From Malacoraja senta (lineage: Eukaryota), in the NCBI GenBank assembly GCA_038087875.1, contig JAXLNO010000446.1, forward strand, positions 744,001-808,000: a stretch of DNA of 64,000 nucleotides, written 5' to 3'. Below the pieces are notes generated by a model. It saw nothing but the letters and a program-made list of their open reading frames with translations. It ran no database searches and was not told where the DNA came from. Shown one piece after another: positions 11,652 through 23,482 of this stretch. Within the stretch, counting starts at the first letter, position 1. Every line of letters begins with the position of its first letter. The translations under genes were made by a program, and so were the position numbers.

Positions 11652-12284
11652 GAGGATTTGAGTATAGGAGCAGGGAGGTTCTACTGCAGTTGTACAGGGT
11701 CTTGGTGAGACCACACCTGGAGTATTGCGTACAGTTTTGGTCTCCAAATCTGAGGAAGGACATTATAGCCATAGAGGGAGTGCAGAGAAGGTTCACCAGA
11801 CTGATTCCTGGGATGTCAGGACTTTCATATGAAGAAAGACTGGATAGACTTGGCTTATACTCGCTAGAATTTAGGAGATTGAGAGGGGATCTTATAGAAA
11901 CGTACAAAATTCTTATGGGGTTGGACAGGCTAGATGCAGGAAGATTGTTCCCGATGTTGGGGAAGTCCAGGACAAGGGGTCACAGCTTAAGGATAAGGGG
12001 GAAATCCTTTAAGACCGAGATGAGGAAAAACGTTTTCACACAGAGAGTGGTGAATCTCTGGAACTCTCTGCCACAGAGGGTAGTTGAGGCCAGTTCATTG
12101 GCTATATTTAAGAGGGAGTTAGATGTGGCCCTTGTGGCTAAAGGGATCAGGGGGTATGGAGAGAACGCAGGTACGGGATACTGAGTTGGATGATCAGCCA
12201 TGATCATATTGAATGGTGGTGCAGGCTCGAAGGGCCGAATGGCCTACTCCTGCACCTATTTTCTATGTATCTATGTATCTATGT
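11652..12284 (+). mobile_element. Young CR1 3' fragment nested in the long CR1
   Basis: ORF 11690..12184 and ctatgtat tail; the host resumes at aaaggaaaagg. Confidence 0.9.
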
Positions 12285-12373
12285 AAAGGAAAAGGAAGTG
12301 GGGTAGCATTGCTGGTTAGAGAGGGGATTAACGCAATAGAAAGGAAGGACATTAGCTTGGAGGATGTGGAATC

Positions 12374-13052
12374 ATAGAAACATAGACATAGAAACATAGA
12401 AAATAGGTGCAGGAGGAGGCCATTCGGCCCTTCGAGCCAGCACCGCCATTCATTGTGATCATGGCTGATCATCCCCTATCAATAACCCGTGCCTGCCTTC
12501 TCCCCATATCCCTTGACTCCACTAGCCCCTAGAGCTCTATCTAACTCTCTCTTAAACCCATCCAGTGATTTGGCCTCCACTGCCCTCTGTGGCCGGGAAT
12601 TCCACAAATTCACGACTCTCTGGGTGAAAACGTTTTTTCTCACCTCAGTCTTAAACGACCTCCCCTTTATTCTAAGACTGTGGCCCCTGGTTCTGGACTC
12701 GACCAACATTGGGAACATTTTTCCTGCATCTAGCTTGTCCAGTCCTTTTATAATGTTATATGTTTCTATAAGATCCCCCTCATCCTTCTAAACTCCAGTG
12801 AATACAAGCCTAGTCTTTTCAATCTTTCCTCATATGACAGTCCCGCCATCCCAGGGATCAATCTCGTGAACCTACGCTGCACTGCCTCAATCACAAGGAT
12901 GTCCTTCCTCAAATTAGGAGACCAAAACTGTACACAATACTCCAGATGTGGTCTCACCAGAGCCCTATACAACTGCAGAAGAAACTCTTTACTCCTATAC
13001 TGAAATCCTCTTGTTATGAAGGCCAACATTCCTTTAGCTTTCTTCACTGCCT
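12374..13052 (-). mobile_element. CR1 3' fragment (second subfamily) nested in the long CR1
   Basis: ORFs 12479..12718 and 12766..13047; the host ggaatc|gatatggg is split by it. Confidence 0.9.
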
Positions 13053-15035
13053 CTCGATATGGGTAGAGCTGCGAAACACTAAGGGGCAGAAAACGCTAGT
13101 GGGAGTTGTGTACAGGCCACCTAACAGTAGTAGTGGAGTTGGGGATGGCATCAAACAGGAAATTAGAAATGCGTGCAACAAAGGCAAAACAGTTATAATG
13201 GGTGACTTCAATCTACATATAGATTGGGTGAATCAAATTGGCAGGGGTGCTGAGGAAGAGGATTTTTTGGAATGTATGCGGGATAGTTTTCTAAATCAAC
13301 ATGTAGAGGAACCAACGAGAGAGCAGGCTATTCTAGATTGGATATTGAGTAATGAGGAAGGGTTAGTTAGCAGTCTTGTTGTGCATGGCCCCTTGGGCAA
13401 GAGTAACCATAATATGGTTGAGTTCTTCATTTAGGATGGAGAGTGATTTAATTAATTCAGAAACAAGGGTTCTGAACTTAAATAAAGGTAACTTTGAGGG
13501 TATGAGACGTGAATTGGCCAAGATAGACTGGCAATTGATTCTTGAAGGGTTGATGGTGGATATGCAATGGAAGGCATTTAAAGGCTGCATGGATGAACTA
13601 CAACAATTGTTCATCCCAGTTTGGCAAAAGTATAAATCAGGGAAGGTAGTGCATCCATGGATAACAAGGGAAATCAGGGATAGTATCAACACAAAAGATG
13701 AAGCATACAAATTAGCCAGAAAAAGCAGCCTACCAGAGGACTGGGAGAAATTCAGAGTCCAGCAGAGGAGGACAAAGGATTTAATTAGGAAAGGGAAAAT
13801 AGATTATGAAAGAAAACTGGCAGGGAACATAAAAACTGACTGCAAAAGTTTTTATAGATATGTGAAGAGAAGATTAGTTAAAACAAATGTAGGTCCCTTG
13901 CAGTCAGAAACAGGTGAATTGATCATGGGGAACAACGACATGGCAGACCAATTGAATAACTACTTTGGTTCTGTCTTCACTAAGGAAGACTTAATTAATC
14001 TGCCGGAAATAGCAGGGGACCGGGGGTCAAATGAGATGGAGGAACTGAGTGAAATCCAGGTTAGCCAGGAAGTGGTGTTAGGTAAATTGAATGGATTAAA
14101 GGCCGATAAATTCCCAGGGCCAGATAGGCTGCATCCCAGAGTACTTAAGGAAGTAGCCCCAGAAATAGTGGATGCATTAGTGATAATTTTTCAAAACTCT
14201 TTAGATTCTGGAGTAGTTCCTGAGGATTTGAGGGTAGCTAATGTAACCCCACTTTTTAAAAAGGGAGGGAGAGAGCAAATGGGGAATTACAGACCAGTTA
14301 GTCTAACATCGGTAGTGGGGAAACTGCTAGAGTCAGTTATTAAAGATGGGATAGCAGCACATTTGGAAAATGGTGAAATCATTGGACAAAGTCAGCATGG
14401 ATTTATGAAAGGTAAATCGTGTCTGACGAATCTTATAGAATTTTTCGAGGATGTAACTAGTTGAGTGGATAAGGGAGAACCAGTGGATGTGTTATATCTG
14501 GACTTTCAGAAGGCTTTCGACAAGGTCCCACATAAGAGATTAATATACAAACTTAAAGCACACGGTATTGGGGGTTCAGTATTGATGTGGATACAGAACT
14601 GGCTGGCAGACAGGAAGCAAAGAGTAGAAGTAAACGGGTCATTTTCAGCATGGCAGGCAGTGACTAGTGGGGTACCGCAAGGCTCAGTGCTGGGACCCCA
14701 GCTATTTACAATATATATTTATCATTTGGACGAGGGAATTGAATGCAACATCTCCAAGTTTGCGGATGACACAAAGCTGGGGGGCAGTGTTACCTGTTAA
14801 CAGAAAAGTAGACTATTACCTGAATGGTGGCCGATTAGGAAAAGGGGAGATGCAACGAGACCTGGGTGTCATGGTACACCAGTCATTGAAAGTAGGCATG
14901 CAGGTGCAGCAGGCAGTGAAGAAAGCGAATGGTATGTTAGCATTCATAGCAAAAGGATTTGAGAATAGGTGCAGGGAGGTTCTACTGCAGTTGTACAGGG
15001 TCTTGGTGAGACCACACCTGTTCAGTTTTGGTCCC

Positions 15036-15238
15036 TGTAAAGAGGAGTCATAACACACTGTCTTTACTACTGTTTATTCATGATACACATAGTTTACTGC
15101 CCTAGCTGTTCGTGGTCTGTCACCGGAACCAGAGAGAGAGAGCACTGGGTGGGAAGTTTGTAATTATACTAGTGATGCGGGGAGTAGTTAGTAGTGGTGA
15201 GGTCACTATGTTAAAGATACATGCACATGTCATCTACA
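15036..15238 (-). repeat. 3' LTR (203 bp)
   Basis: Differs from the other LTR by about 6 substitutions and 2 dinucleotide indels (counted by eye). Confidence 0.95.
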
Positions 15239-15319
15239 TCCTTCCCCTTGGAAATAAAAAGCAATACCGTAGTGACAGGGTGACCACGTCTCATACGCTA
15301 CGAGCAGGTGAGCAAATAG

Positions 15320-17656
15320 TTAAGCAAAATCACCATAATGGACAGGCGGCCTGACCACCCGCCCGGACCGGGTACGCAGCTCGCCATCTCCCCCATCTGC
15401 AGGAGAAACATGAGTAGGAGCAGGCGCGGTTGAGAGAAACGGGGAATCGGGAGGAGAAAGAGAAAACAGAGACGAAGCAGGAGCAGTAGCGGGAAGACGG
15501 GCAGGCGAGGGAGGACTGGCTGGAGGGGCAGGCAACGTGGCAGACAGCGGTGGGGAAAAGGGGTCTGCAGGCGGCGGTGGGGGCTCGTTAACAAGCCGCA
15601 GATGTTGGCAGGACCGGTGGTAAATAGTACTGTCATGGTCGACTAGATAGGACTGCGGCGAACCAGCAGTACCGACGATGATGGCAAGCCTGGGGTGACC
15701 GGAGGGGGACTGCTTCCGGACGACTTGGCCAGGGAACAGAGGCGGGAGGGGATGGCAGGACTTGTCGTGGGAGCGCTTTTGGATTTCTTGTTTGAGGGCA
15801 ATGCGCTCCTGGACAGCAGCGGGCTGGAGAACAGAGGGAACAAGAGACCGCTGGGTCACCGGGATCGGAGGTCTCGTAGTGCGAGACATCAGCCATTGTG
15901 CTGGGGAACCCAAGGCAGTGTCGCGGCAAATGTTCCGAAGGTTGAGGAGAGCCAGGTAAAAGTCAGAATGGGACAGTCTACAATGTTCCAGCAAGTCCTT
16001 AGCACTGCGGACAGCGCGCTCTGCCAAGCCGTTGCTTTGAGGGTACTCTGGGCTGCTGGTGTAGTGTCGGAAGTCCCAGCGGGCAGCGAAACTCCGAAAT
16101 TCGGCACTCGAGAACTGGCTGCCGTTGTCCGATTGAAGACTTGCCGGGGTGCCAAAGGTTCCGAAGTGGCGGCGCAGCCTCCCGATAACGGCCGAAGAGG
16201 TGAGGGAGTGCAGCTGGTCAACCTCGAACCAGCTGGAGTACGAGTCCACAAGAACCAGGAAATGCTTGCCACGCCACTCAAAAATGTCAGCGGCGACGGT
16301 CATCCAGGGCAGCTCGGGGGCAGGCTGTTGCAGAAGCGGCTGCCGTTGCTGACGGGGAGCGAGGCTATTGCAGACAGAGCAAGCGGAGACCCTGTCCCAG
16401 ATGTCTTGGGCCATGCTGAGCCAGTAGAACAAACTCTGGGCCTGAGACAGGGTGGCCTCGGCCCCAGGATGACCGCGGTGGGCGGTCTGAAAGTATTGGT
16501 CCCGCAGGGCAGCAGGCACAACGACCTTGTGTCCCTTCACGACCACGCCGTCGTGCAGCACGAGCTCGTCACGGACCAGGAAGTAGGGCACGACTCCAGG
16601 CGGCAAAGATGAACGACGGTCTGGCCAGCCCTGCCTGATGACGTCGGCAAGCTGCTGCAGGGCAGGGTCCTTGGCAGTGTTGCTGATCAGGGACTGCATC
16701 TGCTGGGAAGGCACAATGTTGACGTTAAGCACCATCAGGTCAGACGATTCATATGGATGGCGATCGGTGGACGTTGGCGGTGCGCGGGACAGCGTGTCGG
16801 CCACGAACATGTCCTTGCCCTTGCGATATACAATTTTGAACGTAAAACGCTGGAGCTGCAGCATCATGCGCTGCAAACGGGACGAGGCAACGTGGATGGG
16901 CTTGTTGAGGATAGAGACCAGCGGCTGATGGTCGGTCTCGATCGTGAAGCTATTGCCCAGAATATAGTCCTTGAACTTGGAGCAGGCAAACACCACAGCA
17001 AGCAGCTCCTTCTCTATCTGAGCATAGCGCTGCTCGGCAGGGGTCATGGTGCGGGACGCATTGGAAACAGGCAGCTGCAGGTCATCGTGGAGCTACAGGC
17101 AAGCAGCACCAAGACCGAACTTGGAGGCGTCGCAGGTAAGAACAATGGGACGCTGCAGATCGAAGAATTGGAGAGTGGGGGTACTGGCCAGCCTGGACTT
17201 CAGAACGTCAAAAGCTTTCTGGTGATGCGGGAACCAGACCCAGGCAGTGTCCTTCTTGATCAACTCCCTCAGGGGCGCGCTCAGCTCGCTGAGGTCGGGG
17301 ATGAACTTCCCCAAGTAATTAACCATGCCCAGGAAACGCTGCAGGCTGGGCACGTCGGTGGGCGAAGACATCCCGAAGACCGCAGCCGTCTTCTGCGGGT
17401 CAGGCTTCAGCCCCGATGCGGTAAACTTAGCCATAAGACATACCGGGTCCCGAGCATCTTCACCTGCACCATAGACAAACGACTCAGCCCGTTCCAGGGC
17501 ATCGGGACCAGCCAGGTTGAGAAGCAGAGAAGCCGGGGTGGCAGCAGGATGGGCGATCGTGACGTAGTGTTGGAAGTCACGTCTAAAGATACCCCACCGA
17601 TGGGCAATGTCCGAGTCAAAGACAAGCATATCGGGTTTACGGCAAGAAGTAGCCAT
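15320..17656 (-). pseudogene. pol: Gag N-terminus fused in frame to RT thumb, RNase H and integrase; one internal TAG
   Basis: ORFs 17093..17770 and 15320..17047 share a frame. Motifs: LQRFLGMVNY, TCDASKFGLG, YAQIEKELLA, TDHQPL, HRGH...CSVC, AADIF/SDNG/LAERAV (DDE). Confidence 0.92.
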
Positions 17657-17747
17657 GGCACGGGAGATAAAAAAACACAATGGGGAAACGGGTGAAAGGA
17701 AAGAAAACCCGATAAACTGGAGGCGCAAAGGTACGATGCTGACATCA

Positions 17748-17950
17748 TGTAAAGAGGAGTCATAACACACTGTGTCTTTACTACTGTTTATTCATGATAC
17801 ACATACTTTACTGCCCTAGCTGTTCGTGGTCTGTCACCGGAACCAGAGAGAGAGCACTGGGTGGGAAGGTTGTAATTATACTAGTGATGTGGGGAGTGGT
17901 TAGTAGTGGTAAGGTCACTATGTTAAAGGTACATGCACATGTCATCTACA
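17748..17950 (-). repeat. 5' LTR (203 bp)
   Basis: Direct repeat of 15036-15238; adjacent PBS. Confidence 0.95.
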
Positions 17951-19034
17951 GTCCCCTTATCTGAGGAAGGACATTCTTGCCATAGAGGGAGTACAGAGAA
18001 GGTTGCACCAGACTGATTCCTGGGATGTCAGGACTTTCATATGAAGAAAGACTGGATAGACTCGGCTTGTACTCGCTAGAATTTAGAAGATTGAGGGGGG
18101 ATCTTATAGAAACTAGATGCAGGAAGATTGTTCCCGATGTTGGGGAAGTCCAGAACAAGGGGTCACAGTTTAAGGATAAAGGGGAAATCTTTTGGGACTG
18201 AGATGAGAAAAACATTTTTCATACAGAGAGTGGTGAATCTCTGGAATTCTCTGCCACAGAATGTAGTTGAGGCCAGTTCATTAGCTATATTTAAGAGGGA
18301 GTTAGATGTGGCCCTTGTAGCTAAAGGGATCAGGGGGTATGGAGAGAAAGCAGGTACAGGATACTGAGTTGGATGATCAGCCATGATCATATTGAATGGC
18401 GGTGCAGGCTCGAAGGGCCGAATGGCCTACTCCTGCACCTATTTTCTATGTTTCTATGTTTCTATGTAATATTGTGCAAGGCTAATAGTTGAATCGCAGT
18501 GAAATTGCCCCCACCGCACAGTCCAGCACCTAAGTTAGACTTTGATTAGTCGATCATTATAGTCACTTTGTTTACCCTTTGTGGGTTAAATGCACAGAGG
18601 ACTTTTCAAATAAATGTCACAGAAATGTGAGGATATATCAATGTAAAGCTAAATTATTAAAAATTGAATTCCTGGAGGATTTAACACTAAGTAACAAGAA
18701 GAAGCTAATTAGTGCTCTTTAACAAAATTAATTAATGTTTTCCATTGAATTACTCTGTTTAAATGAAGGACACCAATGCTCAAGAGCAATTAACTGTCGC
18801 CTGTACTAATTACACAGTCTATTTTACATATTAATTATTTTTTGTCAGAGACCGTGGTTCTGGAGGCTAAAGAGTATTTATATCTTCATTATTATTAATA
18901 TAAGTACACATTTTGTTCTTGATTTTCATCGCGTTCCTTCAATGACATTCTGGGTTACAAATCTACAGTGCTGACATCAATCAGACTCCCTTCACCTGTA
19001 TCCACCGGAGGTTAGTTTGTTAATGTCACCTGCA

Positions 19035-19362
19035 GCTAAGTTCCACCCAGGGAAAAAGATTCTGCCTATGCCTTAATAGTTTTTTATATACTTCTATCAG
19101 GTCTCTTCCCATCTCCAACGTTCCAGAGAACGTCTACAGTGTGGAAACAGGCCCTTCGGCCCAACTTGCCCACAATGTCCCAGCTACACTAGTCCCACCT
19201 GCCCGCGTTTGGCCTATATCCCTCCAAACCTGCCATGTACCTGTCTAACAGTTTCTTAAATGTTGGGATAGTCCCAGCCTCAACTACCTCCTCTGGCAGC
19301 TTGTTCCATACACCCACCACCCTCTGTGTGAAAAAGTTACCCCTCAGATTCCTATTAAATCT
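19035..19362 (-). mobile_element. Old CR1 fragments
   Basis: gtggaaacaggcccttcggcccaac...ttgttccatacacccaccaccctctgtgtgaaaaa is a reverse CR1 3' end. Confidence 0.7.
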
Positions 19363-19382
19363 ATTTAGGTAATTATTTAGGT

Positions 19383-19436
19383 GGGGTGGGAGATTGCAAC
19401 CTTCACGTGGTCCACCCTGTTTCGACTAATGCAATC
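19383..19436 (+). ncRNA. Minimal HDV/CPEB3-like self-cleaving ribozyme (predicted)
   Basis: P1 GGGGUGG/CCACCCU with G1-U wobble; P2 GAUUGCA/UGCAAUC; P3 ACC/GGU; L3 UUCACGU; P1.1 C19404-G19419; P4 reduced to U(UUCG)A; J4/2 CUAA with the catalytic-position C19426. Confidence 0.85.
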
Positions 19437-19473
19437 AACCCGACGTGCATAAACAAATAGAGCAAATAGAACA

Positions 19474-20130
19474 GGAAGTAAACAAAAAATGCTGGTGAAA
19501 CTCAGCGGGTGAGGCAGCATCTATGGAGAAAAGGAGTAGGTGACATTTCCGGTTGAGACACCTCTCCAGACCGATGTCGGGGGGGGGGTGGGGGGAAAAA
19601 AAGGATGAGGCGGAAACAATGGGCTGTGGGTGAGCTGAGAAGGGGAGGAGAAGGAGGCGGAAAGCAAGGACTACTTGAAGTTAGAGAAGTCAATGTTTAT
19701 ACCGCTGTTGTGTAAACCACTCAAGCAAAATATGAGGTGTTGTTCCTCCAATTTGCGCTGGGCCTCACTCTGTCAATGGAGGAGGCCCAGGACAGAAAGG
19801 TCAGATTCAGAATGGGAGGGGGAGTTGAAGTGCTGGGCCACCGGGAGATCAGGTTGGTTAGTACGGACTGAGCGGAGGTGTTGGGCGAAGTGGTCGCCAA
19901 GCCTACGCTTGGTCTCGCCGATGTAGGGAAGGTGACACCTACGACAGCGGATGCAGTAGATGAGGTTGGAGGAGGTGCAGGTGAACCTCTGCTTCACCTG
20001 GAACGACTGGTTGGGTCCTTGGATGGAGTCGAGGGGGGAGGTAAAGTGCTAAGTGTAGCATTTCCTGCGGTTGCAAGGGAAAGTGCCAAGGGAGGGGGTG
20101 GTCTGGGTGGGAAGGGACGAATTGACCAGG
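19474..20130 (-). mobile_element. Penelope-like element 3' part (GIY-YIG fragment + terminus)
   Basis: ORF 19773..19997 CTSSNLIYCIRCRRCHLPYIGETKRRL; 10-bp TSD aaatagaaca (19464-19473, 20131-20140). Confidence 0.9.
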
Positions 20131-20252
20131 AAATAGAACAAGTTGTCCGACAACTTTAGGTTGTGCACACCATCAGCAAGAAGAAGATGATTCAAGTACA
20201 CCTTTTCTGCAACCTCTCCAAAGCCTCGACATCCTCCCAGAAGTGGGCACCC

Positions 20253-20476
20253 TAGAACGTTTTCTCACAGAGAGTTGTGAGTCTGTGGAAGGCCGGTTCT
20301 CTGGATACTTTCAAGAGAGAGCTAGATAGGGCTCTTAAAAATAGCGGAGTCAGGGGATATGGGGAGAAGGCAGGAACGGGGTACTGATTGTGGATGATCA
20401 GCCATGATCACATTGAATGGCGGTGCTGGCTCGAAGGGCCGAATGGCCTACTCCTGCACCTATTGTCTATTGTCTA
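20253..20476 (+). mobile_element. CR1 3' end
   Basis: CR1 3' UTR with ctattgt tail. Confidence 0.85.
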
Positions 20477-20569
20477 ACTGTATACAATTCTCCAGATGCG
20501 GCCAATGTCCTATAGAGCTGCATCATGACTTCCTGACTCGTACTCAATGTCCCGACGTATGAAGGCAAG

Positions 20570-21720
20570 TGGAGGGGTTGTGGTGGAGGGAGAATATTCA
20601 GGCTGGAGGTCAGTAATCATTGGAGTTCCACTGGGATCCATGCTGGGACCGCCATCCTATGTGATGTATATAAATGACTTGGACGTAAATGTGGACGGGG
20701 TTGGTTGGTAAATTTGCAGATGACACCAAGGTTGCTGGGGACACGGACTGTGAGGAAGCTGTCAAAGTATTTACCAGGAAATTAATCAGCTAGCGAAATG
20801 GGCTGGAGAAATGGCAGATGAAATTTAATCTCAGCAAGTTTGAGGTGTAGTACGTCAGGAGGTCAAATGTGCGGTGAAACTGTACAAATACTAGCGTGAT
20901 CGTGATAGACAGAGGGACCTTGGGATCTTAGTCCATAACTTTCTGAAAGTGATAACACAAGTGGTAAAAAAGGCACTTGGTATGCTTACTTTCATCAATA
21001 ATGTTTTATTACTAATGTTTAATGTTTTATGTGTCATTCCTAACTGTCACTGTATGTCATGTTGTCACTTGCGGGCGGAGCACCAAGGCAAATTCCTTGT
21101 ATGTGAATACTTCACCAATAATAAACTTATTTATTCATTTATTTATTCATTTTATTACTCATTTTATTCATTGGTCAGTGCATTAGTGCATAAGAGTCAG
21201 GAAATGATGCAGCTTTATAGAACTTTGGTGAGGCCACGTTTGGTCGCCCCCATTACAGGGAGGATGTGGTGGGGGGAGGGGGGGGACTTTGGAGATGGTG
21301 CAGATGCGGTTTACCAGAACGCTGCCTGGATTATGGGGGGTATTAACTACAAGGAGAGGTTACACAGACTTGGATTGTTTTCTCTGGAACGTCGGAGGTT
21401 GATGGCAGACCTGATAGAAGTTTATAAAATTCTGCGAGACAAAGATAGGGTAGACAGTCAGAACCTTCATCCCAGGATGGGAATATCAGAGATGAGTGGG
21501 CATGGCTTGAGGGTGAGAGGGGCAAAGTTTAAAGGGGATGTGCGGAGGAAGTTTTTTTTTACACGGAGCGGTAGAGGCAGATATGATAGTGGCGTTTAAG
21601 AGGCTCTTGACAAGGAAGAGCGAGGAATGTGGATTATGTACAGGTAGATAAGAGTTGGTCTTGGCATCATGTTGGGCACAGACATTGTGGGCCGAAGGGC
21701 CTGTTCCTGTACTGGTCCAT
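20570..21720 (+). mobile_element. Old CR1 RT region containing a Rex-type tail insertion (about 20997-21170)
   Basis: GVPLGSMLGP and KFADDTK at the DNA level; ORF 20949..21599 has LGLFSLERRRL. The insert matches 59870-60015. Confidence 0.75.
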
Positions 21721-22830
21721 AATCACTTCTTTGCTACTCTTTCTAAGTGTTTTTTATAGAGCTTCATGAGAACTCTTCCCCATTACTTCATGGAAACCAT
21801 TTTCCCTGAATATAATTTGTGTTTTGTGAAGACTTGGGCTTGCATATATAACCTCATTCCCATGTGGAAACTTTCTCCAGTATACCATGTGCACAGAGAT
21901 TACAATAAGCGATATTTAAACACGGTTGTGATTTTATCATAAGATAATCTTCTCTCCTGAATGCTACTCTGAAGGCGATGATTGCTATTTCCACGCATTT
22001 CATCTCGCATTGTTTAATGCTAGACGTTATGCATCAGAGAGTAATTCTGCTCTCTTGCAAACTGTGGGTGATTCATAAATGAAATTATGAAGAAATGGTG
22101 TATGGCAGGGACACTGACTGTGATAAATGTTCAGGCTGCAGTCTGCATCAGCAACATTCAAATTTGATTTTGATTAATGCATGTACCGTATTTTATGAAT
22201 ACATAGATATTTTAATTCAGCCCTCACAAATGCTTTCATTGCTCAAGTCGAATGGAGATTATTGTCATCGGCAGAAACACAGTGAGGTACCGGTACAATG
22301 AAGAATCTTGCCTCACGGGCACAGGTTCAAACAACGCACACAAACATGAAATATATATAAATTATGTAAAGCAATGAAATGAAAAAGACTGTGAGGAAAA
22401 AAACAAGACATCCATGGAAAAATGCACAATTGGAAAACAGCAGTGCAAGAGGTGGTCCTCAGTTCAGTTTAGAGATACAGCGCGGAAACAACGGCTCCAC
22501 ACCGACCAGCGATCCCCGCACACGAACACTCCAGCACTCTTTGTCTTTACTGTCTACATTGTATCTGTAGAAGTTTGAATATTTGGTGACATACTGAATC
22601 TTGTGGAACATTGAAGAAAGTAGCGGTGCTTCACTTGTCCGAATTAAATATATGCTTTTATTGTTCAGTAGCTGGATAAACAGACGCATTTAGTTTCTAA
22701 GGAATATATTGTACCGATGTTCCTGATCCCAAGCATTGATGGATAGTTGCATCAGAACATGTTGTGGATCAGCTTTCAAATTCAATCGATCTGGTCAATT
22801 ATTTATGATGATCAGAATCCTGCACCAACA

Positions 22831-23098
22831 CAGGTGGCGCAGCGGTAGAGTTGCTGCCTCACAGCGCCAGAGACCCGGGTTCAATCCTGACTACGGGTGC
22901 TGTCTGTACGGAGTTTGTACGTTCTCCCCGTGACCTGCGTGGGTTTTCTCCGGTTTCCTCCCACTCTCCAAAAACGTGTGAGTTTGTAGGTTAATTGGCT
23001 GTGGGATAGTGCTAGTGCACTGAGTGATTGCTGGCTGGCATGGACTCGTTGGGATGAGGGGACTGTTTTCACGCTGTATCTCTAAAGACTAAAGACTT
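22831..23098 (+). mobile_element. HE1-like V-SINE
   Basis: A box tggcgcagcgg, B box ggttcaatcc, V-core, CR1-like tail. Confidence 0.9.
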
Positions 23099-23482
23099 TA
23101 CACAGTTTTTCCCCCATGGATTCTAAAACTAAACGGCACAGGTTCGAGCTGAGAGGGTAGATGTGGGCAAATGAAGACAAATGGTTCTAGTCCATGATGC
23201 CAACATGGTCGGCATGGACAAGATGGGCTGAAGGGGCTGATTCCATGCTGTACAGAATCGACCACTCTCATTTATATTTAAAGTTTTCATGGAAAAAATG
23301 TAGATTAATGGAAGAAACCAAAATCTATTTTTCTACGCTAGCAGCAATTCTGGTGAATTGATAACTGAGGCATCGAGCAATGTTTAAACTAATTCTGCAC
23401 ATAATGTGTAATGTTTGATACTGTTGCAAGGAAGGCTGAGAGTTTGCAAGTATGGTTTTGTCTGGAATGGACAGAGTACTTT

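Larger units (their letters stand above)
15036..17950 (-). mobile_element. Ty3/Gypsy LTR retrotransposon (Mag-like), internally deleted
   Basis: TG...CA LTRs at 15036-15238 and 17748-17950, 5-bp TSD gtccc (15031-15035, 17951-17955), PBS-like TGATGTCAG after the 5' LTR, polypurine tract AAGGGGAAGGA before the 3' LTR. Confidence 0.96.
11444..18467 (+). mobile_element. Long CR1 LINE ORF2 (APE + RT), decayed, host to three nested insertions
   Basis: The pieces CLNARSIRNK/VTETWL (11484), GVVYRPP/IMGDFN (12946 ORF), [36 protein letters not shown] and the 3' end at 17951-18467 rejoin colinearly with the copy at 49085-52412. Confidence 0.93.
19383..20186 (+). mobile_element. About 137-nt ribozyme-headed, Vingi-tailed short element (19383-19473 + 20141-20186) split by a PLE
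   Basis: The halves rejoin at the duplicated aaatagaaca; the tail gcaagaagaag resembles the Vingi end at 41355-41372. Confidence 0.75.

Noticed and set aside
15695..17695. 305-aa and 312-aa plus-strand ORFs
   Set aside because: Antisense shadows of the GC-rich Gypsy pol frame.
19372..19382. TSD for the first ribozyme mini-element (attatttaggt vs atgattcaagt at 20187-20197)
   Set aside because: Only 8/11 identity in AT-rich sequence. It is consistent with a boundary at G1 but too weak to use as evidence.
22831..22895. tRNA genes at SINE heads
   Set aside because: A and B boxes run directly into the V-SINE core; no complete cloverleaf.
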